Shown: positions 15,597-22,384 of the stretch, in pieces
How the letters are laid out: every line of letters starts with the position of its first letter
How positions within the stretch are numbered: the stretch's first letter is position 1
Source of the DNA: Caldivirga maquilingensis IC-167
Lineage (GTDB): Archaea > Thermoproteota > Thermoprotei > Thermoproteales > Thermocladiaceae
DNA: 32,000 nucleotides
Direction: 5' to 3'
Assembly: GCF_000018305.1 (NCBI RefSeq)
Contig: NC_009954.1
Location: 90,001 to 122,000, forward strand
Position numbers and translations under genes: made by a program
Notes under the pieces: generated by a model
The model's database searches: none
What the model was told of the DNA's origin: nothing
Seen by the model: the letters and a program-made list of their open reading frames with translations, nothing else

Positions 15597-17318
15597 TTAG
15601 GCGAAGCCTGTTATGAACTTACCTGGATTCAACTTCAACCAATCCTTAGCATCCATCTTAAGATTCTTCTCAATCCTGTCCCTATGGAAGTTGTTAAGGG
15701 TGCAGAACGGTATTATTCTCCCATCAGGCACCGCGTAATGTATGTCGCATCTTTGTATGCGTTGAACATCAAAGTTCATAGTATCCATGAAGTGCATTAT
15801 ACCTATCCCTATTATGTTGAACATGAATTTGCCTAATGCATCGTAACTCTTCTTAACTATCACATCCTGAAGCAGATCCTTCACTGCTTTATGCTTAACG
15901 TACTTAAGTAACTTAAGCGTCTTAAGACTACCAATGGCCCTATGGACACCTCCCTTAACTGCCTCATTGTATATCCTCCATATTTCAGCCTCAAATCCAT
16001 CAACATCAACAAGCTTAGTTATTGGAACAATATCCTTAGCATCCTCATCATAGTATATGAATGTTGATGCACCGCAAACTGGGTTATTCGTAAACAGCGG
16101 CTTCGGTGAATTTGTAAGTACTTCAACTAACTTACCTAAGGCCACGGGCCAATTAACCGGCCTCCAATCCCACCTACTTATCTTACCACCGGTCTGCTTC
16201 TCAGTCTCAATTATGACGTCGGGTATTGTTATTCTATACTGCCTTAACTCCTCAGGTGAATACTCCTTAGCCCTACCTGAGAATGACACAGGCTGCACAT
16301 TAACCCATCTAACTACATCCCTGTTCTTAACTGCGAAGTCAAGTATCTTACCAATATCCTTCTCATTATAGTTCTTCGCCATGGTGACCACCAGTACGAT
16401 GGATCTATGGCCAAGTTTCCTGGCATTATCAATAACCTTCTTCTTTAATTCAGCATAAGCCTTAGGGTCGTATAGCCTATGCCTCCACACACCCTTATTG
16501 TTAGGATCAATAGTATCGAACTGAAGGTATATTGTTGATACACCGGCATCAAGCAATGCCTTATAGTAGTTAATGTCATTAGCTATCCTAATACCATTAG
16601 TGTTAACCTCAACATGATCAAAGCCAAGCTTCTTAGCCATCCTAACTATCTCCGGTAAATCATTCCTAACCGTTGGTTCACCACCACTTAATTGAAGCGC
16701 ATTAGGTGCCCACGGTCCCTGACTCCTCAGTATCCTCATCATGCGTTCAATATCGGCTAACGATGGTTCATACACGTAACCAGCTACACCGGCGTTAGCG
16801 AAGCATACTGGACACTTCATGTTACACCTATTAGTTACATCAATTATGGATAATACAGTATTAGTCTTATGCACTGGGCATAGGCCGCAGCCGAATGGGC
16901 AACCACCAGCTTCCTCATAATACACCACGTCGGTATTGGGGTTAGCAACACCCTTACCTATGTAGTTTGGGTCATCCCATTGCAGGAAGTAGTAGTACAT
17001 TTCAGCGTCACCCCAGTAGATGTCTAGGAATTGGCCGTGCTCTGGGCAAGTTTTCTTAAGCCAAATTATGTTATTATGCTCATACACAACCATTGGTACT
17101 TGCTTATTGCAGACTGGGCAAACTGATGTTGATAACTTAATTATCCTAGATGGTTCAGGTAGGTTGAACTTCTTCTTATACATTGTCTGAAGGTTCTGGT
17201 CATTGATCATCCTAGTGAACGTCTTAGGGAGCCTGAAGCGGCTTAGATCGACGAGGGGTTTAGCCGTGGACTCCTCTATGGTTTTCCCGACTACTAGTTC
17301 CTGCATTAACTGAATCAA
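15597..17318 (-). CDS. tes: Radical SAM enzyme of the tetraether lipid synthase family (Tes / GDGT-MAS, COG1964-like)
   Basis: 573 aa. Radical SAM cluster motif: NRCNMKCPVCFA (CX3CX2C). Upstream Cys cluster: GGCPFGCGLCPVHK. N-terminal rubredoxin-like site: CPVCNK...CPEHG. SAM-binding motif: LSGGEPT. This architecture matches the archaeal Tes/GDGT-MAS enzymes as I recall them. The TATA box at 17328-17337 favours the ATG at 17306 (MQELVV...) over 17318. Confidence 0.65.
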   Translation of the reverse strand: MIQLMQELVVGKTIEESTAKPLVDLSRFRLPKTFTRMINDQNLQTMYKKKFNLPEPSRIIKLSTSVCPVCNKQVPMVVYEHNNIIWLKKTCPEHGQFLDIYWGDAEMYYYFLQWDDPNYIGKGVANPNTDVVYYEEAGGCPFGCGLCPVHKTNTVLSIIDVTNRCNMKCPVCFANAGVAGYVYEPSLADIERMMRILRSQGPWAPNALQLSGGEPTVRNDLPEIVRMAKKLGFDHVEVNTNGIRIANDINYYKALLDAGVSTIYLQFDTIDPNNKGVWRHRLYDPKAYAELKKKVIDNARKLGHRSIVLVVTMAKNYNEKDIGKILDFAVKNRDVVRWVNVQPVSFSGRAKEYSPEELRQYRITIPDVIIETEKQTGGKISRWDWRPVNWPVALGKLVEVLTNSPKPLFTNNPVCGASTFIYYDEDAKDIVPITKLVDVDGFEAEIWRIYNEAVKGGVHRAIGSLKTLKLLKYVKHKAVKDLLQDVIVKKSYDALGKFMFNIIGIGIMHFMDTMNFDVQRIQRCDIHYAVPDGRIIPFCTLNNFHRDRIEKNLKMDAKDWLKLNPGKFITGFA

Positions 17319-17367
17319 GTTCTGGGTTATTAATAAGCTTTACACACTATTAATACTCTGAGAAGTG

Positions 17368-19182
17368 TCACTTATTGCTAATGAGTGGTGGCGTTATTTT
17401 GTTGAATAAATCATTATTGATTACCTCAGCCATTATGTACATTGCATGCGACCAAGCCAGGGGTATTGCAGAGATGGGTCTTCCTGAATCCTTATCAACC
17501 TGCTCAGGGAGCATACCAGTACTAGTACTGTGGGTTAAAGCCCATTTTATTAATTCATTGGCCTTATCAACATTACCAGCCAGTTTATGGTATATTGCAA
17601 GCCAAAGGGTTGTTATTATCCATGGGTTACCACCGTAGTACTTATCCTCAGGATTCCTGCCCACGCCACCAACCTTATACTTAAACGTCTTCTCAATGGT
17701 TTCAGCATTCATCTTCACCCTGTCATCATTCACGTTAACCATATTGAATGGGAAAACTAAGCCAAGCGTTGCTGAATCGGGTATATTGAATCTTGGTTTA
17801 ATTATTTTGATGAAGAAACTACCATTCCATGCCTGATTAAGTGTAGTTGAACGAATAACTGAAGCATACCTACCCCACTCCACAGCCCTATTTCTATCAC
17901 CTATTTCACCGGCTAAGTATGATGCCGATGATAAAGCGGCGTACACTGAGGCATTGGTGTAAGTATGAACACCTAAGTGCTCCTCCCAGGGCCCAACGGT
18001 GGGTGTTGTTAAACCATCATCACTTACGTTAGCCGCCAAATACTCAGCAGCCTTCCTAACCATTACCCACGCATTCTTTAGAAACTGCCTATCTAGAGTT
18101 AACTTAAAGTGAACGTAGGTTGCAAGCACCACTGAGGCTGTTTCATCTATTTGAAAGGACCATGATGGCGCCTTAAGTCCAGGCTCAGCGTAGTACCTTT
18201 GGTAGAAGGCCCCGTTCTCCCCCTGTGACTTAACCACCCAATTAATGAATTTAAAGGCTTCATCATGGTAACCAAGAATATCCAACGCCATAGCTGAGTA
18301 AGCCGCATCCCTGGGCCAGCAATACCTGTAATCAGGCCATAATGTTGGTGCCGCTATGAAAGCTCCCTCTGAGTCTTGAAGCATCTTAATTACGTACGCT
18401 GAGTGCTTAATCATTTCCTCACTAATAACTCCATTTAACTTAATCTTATTAATCCAACCCTCCCAATGCTCAGCAACGCTATGGCTTAAGATGTAGCAAT
18501 CCATTGATTTAATCTTGGCTAATTCCCTTAATGCAGCCTCCTCGCTCTTATCTAGGATAAAGTAAATGGTTAATGTCTCATTATCCCTAAGCCTCCACAG
18601 TAATGCGAAGTTAACTCCCCTGAAGCCCTCATATATGCTTAGTTTATTCATGTTGAGTCTACCATCGTAGGCGTCAGTGAACGCATCTGAGTCGGCGCCT
18701 AATTGACCAATCTGATACTCATTAGGTATCCTATCACCTGAGACCACTAGGGTGAGTCCCCTCTTATAGTCTACTATGGCGCCATACCTCTCATCAAAGT
18801 AAGCTGCATCAGCATTGTGGGTTTCCCATAATTGAGGTGAAGTATAGTATATGAAGCTGAATTCACCCGGTATACTGAATTCAAACCTCCTAATAAGTAC
18901 ACTTTCACTATGGAGTACGAAGTCCATTACCTTAACCGAAGCATCCCCACTCTTGAACACGGTCTCCAAGATCCCTGGGGCAGCATACCTCTGTTTAATA
19001 TCACTCCAATCCGTTAACCAACTGAAGTAGCCCCTCCTATATATTCCAGGTAATGAGGAGTGAATGTTCTGTGGAAATGACTTCGTTGGGTAAAACAAGT
19101 ACCTTAACTCCCCTCTACCGCCAATAACAGCAAGCATACTATCATTACCTACAATACTCTGCTCATAAACCGTCTCCGTCAT
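17368..19182 (-). CDS. GH15-family glycoside hydrolase (glucoamylase/trehalase-like)
   Basis: 604 aa. N-terminal beta-sandwich plus (alpha/alpha)6 catalytic domain. Motifs: YCWPRDAAYSAMAL, GPWEEHLGVHTYTNA, GMLPEQVD, PLAWSHAMYI. Confidence 0.85.
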   Translation of the reverse strand: MTETVYEQSIVGNDSMLAVIGGRGELRYLFYPTKSFPQNIHSSLPGIYRRGYFSWLTDWSDIKQRYAAPGILETVFKSGDASVKVMDFVLHSESVLIRRFEFSIPGEFSFIYYTSPQLWETHNADAAYFDERYGAIVDYKRGLTLVVSGDRIPNEYQIGQLGADSDAFTDAYDGRLNMNKLSIYEGFRGVNFALLWRLRDNETLTIYFILDKSEEAALRELAKIKSMDCYILSHSVAEHWEGWINKIKLNGVISEEMIKHSAYVIKMLQDSEGAFIAAPTLWPDYRYCWPRDAAYSAMALDILGYHDEAFKFINWVVKSQGENGAFYQRYYAEPGLKAPSWSFQIDETASVVLATYVHFKLTLDRQFLKNAWVMVRKAAEYLAANVSDDGLTTPTVGPWEEHLGVHTYTNASVYAALSSASYLAGEIGDRNRAVEWGRYASVIRSTTLNQAWNGSFFIKIIKPRFNIPDSATLGLVFPFNMVNVNDDRVKMNAETIEKTFKYKVGGVGRNPEDKYYGGNPWIITTLWLAIYHKLAGNVDKANELIKWALTHSTSTGMLPEQVDKDSGRPISAIPLAWSHAMYIMAEVINNDLFNKITPPLISNK

Positions 19183-19420
19183 TAGTTAACTATTTAGGTG
19201 TAAGCTTATTAAATGTTGTATACGTTACGGATTCACGTACGCACTAACTATGGGTAATTCCCATGCATCATTCAATGAATTAGAATGATTAAGGCATCAT
19301 CACTCCTCATTGAGCTAAAAGTTTATTAAGCTGCGTGTGTAAAATATTTAGTAGAGGTGGTGGAGTATTGTAATATATGTATCGCCAGATGCTAAATCTG
19401 CGGAGCAGACAACACCGCAG

Positions 19421-19777
19421 ATGGAGCTTAAGAAGCTTATGCTTAGTGAGCTTATAGATGGAGAAATGATTGTTGGAGCAGCCATAATAGACTCTAATAA
19501 TATTCCAATAATACATCATTTACCAACAACATTAACATTAAAATCCCTTAGAAACGTCATGAGCCTCCTAGAGATTGCTCAAAGATCTCGAAAGCTTTCC
19601 GATGATCTCCTTGGTCCCTTCAACTATATCCTCATAAAATACGCTAATTTTAAAATCGCCTTCTTCAACATGACTGATAAGGGTTGGTTAATAGTTTTCG
19701 TGAACCCTGTTTGGCATGTTGAGAATGCCATGCCTAAGATTAGGCAGTTCATGGTTAAAGCATATAAGTTAATATAG
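19421..19777 (+). CDS. Roadblock/LC7 (MglB-like) domain protein
   Basis: 118 aa. Pattern IVGAAIIDSNNIPIIHH...ILIKYANFKIAFFNMTDKGWLIVFVN fits the alpha-beta-alpha Roadblock/LC7 profile. The call is by pattern only. Confidence 0.45.
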   Translation: MELKKLMLSELIDGEMIVGAAIIDSNNIPIIHHLPTTLTLKSLRNVMSLLEIAQRSRKLSDDLLGPFNYILIKYANFKIAFFNMTDKGWLIVFVNPVWHVENAMPKIRQFMVKAYKLI

Positions 19778-19828
19778 TGTTTTAAATCTTAAGAATTAAT
19801 CGCATTCCCTTATTTAAATCAGTTTACC

Positions 19829-20770
19829 TTACCTAATCAATGCAGCTAATATGGCCTTAGCCGTGTGAAGCCTATTCTCAGCCTGCTGCCACACAACACT
19901 TTTAGATGAGTCAATTACATCATCAGTGACCTCAAGACCCCTATGGGCTGGTAGACAATGCATGAATACTGCGTTCTCCCCTGCAATATTCATTAAACCT
20001 TGGTTTACTTGATATGGTTTAAGCAGCTTCATTCTCTCCTCAGCCTCCTTCTCCATACCCATTGATACCCATACATCAGTGTACACTGCATCAACACCCT
20101 TAACCCCCTCCTCAATGGTTTCCGTAACAGTGAGTACTGCACCTGTTCTTTTACCTAAATCCTCAGCATCCTCAATGTACCTTCTACTTGGCCAGTACCT
20201 CTTAGGGGATACTATCCTAATATCCCATCCTAACCTGGCTCCTATTGCAATTAGGCTATGGGCCATGTTATTATCCCCATCACCTACGAAGGCTAATTTA
20301 ATGCCATTAACCTTACCTTTAACCTCCCATAACGTTAACGCATCCGCAAGCACCTGGGTTGGGTGGCATTCATCACTTAGGGCATTCACAACAGGTACTT
20401 GGGAGTGCTGGGTGAGTTTGATTAATGTTGAGTGGTTGAAGACCCTGGCTACTATACCGTCAACAATCCTTGAAACAACCCTAGCAGTATCCTCAACAGT
20501 CTCCCCCCTACCTAACTGAAGCTCCTGGGGATTACTGTAAATAGTCTTCATGCCGAGTTGCCAAGCAGCAGTTTCAAAACTAATCCTTGTCCTTGTACTA
20601 GGCTTCTCAAATACCATGAGTAGCGTCTTACCCTGGTGGACACCAATGTACCTTTCACCCAAGTAATACCTCTCCTTCATATTTTTAGACAGATTAAGCA
20701 GCATTAATACCTCCTGTGGAGTGTAGTCAAGCCAACTGAGTAGGCTCCTACCCCTTAATTGATTCAACAT
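19829..20770 (-). CDS. argF: Ornithine carbamoyltransferase
   Basis: 313 aa. Carbamoyl-phosphate motif FEKPSTRTR, plus HPTQ, the ornithine-binding DVWVSMG, and HCLPAHRG. Confidence 0.9.
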   Translation of the reverse strand: MLNQLRGRSLLSWLDYTPQEVLMLLNLSKNMKERYYLGERYIGVHQGKTLLMVFEKPSTRTRISFETAAWQLGMKTIYSNPQELQLGRGETVEDTARVVSRIVDGIVARVFNHSTLIKLTQHSQVPVVNALSDECHPTQVLADALTLWEVKGKVNGIKLAFVGDGDNNMAHSLIAIGARLGWDIRIVSPKRYWPSRRYIEDAEDLGKRTGAVLTVTETIEEGVKGVDAVYTDVWVSMGMEKEAEERMKLLKPYQVNQGLMNIAGENAVFMHCLPAHRGLEVTDDVIDSSKSVVWQQAENRLHTAKAILAALIR

Positions 20771-20815
20771 GCTTTATTAAATCCACCCACACTATTAAGT
20801 ATTATTCCTTAACGC

Positions 20816-21886
20816 CTACGGTATGACTTCAGTGGAGTCCAGGATTGGGTCATAGTATAGGTCGCTTAATTTAACCACACCCTTATTCACTAATTCCTTA
20901 ACCTCAGGCCCAATCTCAAGTATGGTTCTTATAGTCTCCTTAGTAACGTAATCAACAGTCAATACACCATCTAAACCCCAATACTCCTCACCCTCCTTAA
21001 TGGCGTATAGGCACCTACCACCACAGTACTGCCTATACTCGCATGTCTTACACATTTCAGGTAACTGAGACTCAATATCAATTAAATTGAAGCCAACGTT
21101 AACATTACCTAATACTGCCCAATTCTCATGAACAGCAATTGGACATGATAAAATCCTGCCATCAGTGGAGATGGCGATTGATCTATACCCTGCACCACAG
21201 GGTGGTCCCCTGTATGGTTTATGTAAGTATGCTGTTAAAACCCCAAGTATGGGCACTATGCCAATGACCCTACCTTCCCTTAGGTTACTTAGAAATAATT
21301 CAACAAGCTTCCTCACCCCAGGTAGGTAATTTGACTTAGCCCACGTTAATACATCCCACTTACCATCCCATATAACGTCCAGTTGCCAGTGAACCAGGTT
21401 GAAGCCGATATTAAGTAAATGCGTTACATCAATATATATGTCCGTTAACCGTGTCACAGCCATTCTAGCTATTAACCTATTAACCCCAATAGACTTAAGC
21501 CTCATTAAGGCCTTAATCACACGATCATATGCACCAAAGCCTCTATGGGCATCAGTAACCTCTCTCCTACCATCTATTGATAAGAGAACAACACTCATTC
21601 TCCTCCAGTACTCATTGGGCAGTAATTCAGTTAATGTTCCATTAGTTTGAATCCCCCATCTACTAGCCTTAACATTATCCATCATCCACATTATGAAGCG
21701 TGGATTAAGCAGCGGTTCCCCGCCATAGAATATTACTGTGGCATTATTATCCTTCTCAATTAACTCCTTCAACTTAACTGGATTATAATTAATCCTCCAA
21801 GGCACCACCTTTGGGTTAAAGGAACCACCGCAGTAACTGCACCTTAAGTTGCATGCACCTGTGGTGAATACTAGCCAAAGCATCAT
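20816..21886 (-). CDS. Radical SAM enzyme with a C-terminal SPASM domain (anSME/peptide-maturase-like; possibly the archaeal AF0577-type family)
   Basis: 356 aa. The radical SAM motif sits at the extreme N-terminus: TTGACNLRCSYCGG. Also IFYGGEPLL. C-terminal SPASM cysteines: CGAGYRSIAISTDGRILSCP...CKTCEYRQYCGGRC (CX2CX5CX3C). Confidence 0.8.
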   Translation of the reverse strand: MMLWLVFTTGACNLRCSYCGGSFNPKVVPWRINYNPVKLKELIEKDNNATVIFYGGEPLLNPRFIMWMMDNVKASRWGIQTNGTLTELLPNEYWRRMSVVLLSIDGRREVTDAHRGFGAYDRVIKALMRLKSIGVNRLIARMAVTRLTDIYIDVTHLLNIGFNLVHWQLDVIWDGKWDVLTWAKSNYLPGVRKLVELFLSNLREGRVIGIVPILGVLTAYLHKPYRGPPCGAGYRSIAISTDGRILSCPIAVHENWAVLGNVNVGFNLIDIESQLPEMCKTCEYRQYCGGRCLYAIKEGEEYWGLDGVLTVDYVTKETIRTILEIGPEVKELVNKGVVKLSDLYYDPILDSTEVIP

Positions 21887-21979
21887 CGGCGGAGCACATT
21901 AGTGTATATAAATCTTAATGAGGCTGTATTAAATTAAGTGAAATAATTAATAATGCATTATTCCCATTACCGAAATTAA

Positions 21980-22336
21980 TCATGAATGCTGCTCAATCAT
22001 TTCCAGTAATTCCTTATCCATGTATTGCCTCATCACATTCAATACAATCAATGATAATTCATCATCATTAACCTCCCCATTCAATATCACCCTCACGCTT
22101 ATTAATTCCCTTAACCCATCATGCTCATGACCAATCATCTCAACCACATGATTACCCATGTTAACCCTACTATACACTAGGGAGCCAGCCCAACCCAACT
22201 CAATTCTCTCTCCTGATGCAGGGTATTGGGGGGAGTAGATGTCTAGGGAAATTACGTTATCCACAATTCTACCAACCTCAATCCCATTAACAACTATGAC
22301 CCTCCCCCACTCCTCGCTCTTAAACTCAACCTTCAC
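21980..22336 (-). CDS. Hypothetical 118-aa cytoplasmic protein, no recognisable domain
   Basis: GTG start 25 nt from a shared TATA box. No Cys and no TM helix. It has a beta-rich N-terminal part, an HEHD motif and an acidic C-terminal helix (DDELSLIVLNVMRQYMDKELLEMIEQHS). Confidence 0.5.
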   Translation of the reverse strand: MKVEFKSEEWGRVIVVNGIEVGRIVDNVISLDIYSPQYPASGERIELGWAGSLVYSRVNMGNHVVEMIGHEHDGLRELISVRVILNGEVNDDELSLIVLNVMRQYMDKELLEMIEQHS

Positions 22337-22355
22337 GTTTAACCTAGGTTGAGTA

Positions 22356-22368
22356 GGTTTTTTAAGGG
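22356..22368. promoter_or_regulatory. Single shared TATA element serving two divergent leaderless genes
   Basis: ggttttttaaggg is centred at ~22361. The GTG at 22336 (minus) is ~25 nt away and the ATG at 22385 (plus) is ~24 nt away. The whole intergenic spacer is only 48 nt. Confidence 0.45.
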
Positions 22369-22384
22369 ATATTGAGTTAACCTC

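Noticed and set aside
19307-19519. 70-aa minus-strand ORF spanning the GH15/Roadblock intergenic region.
   Set aside because: It overlaps the start of the better-supported plus-strand gene. Its composition is odd (Tyr/Cys/Arg/Leu-rich) and it has no TATA box at the right distance.
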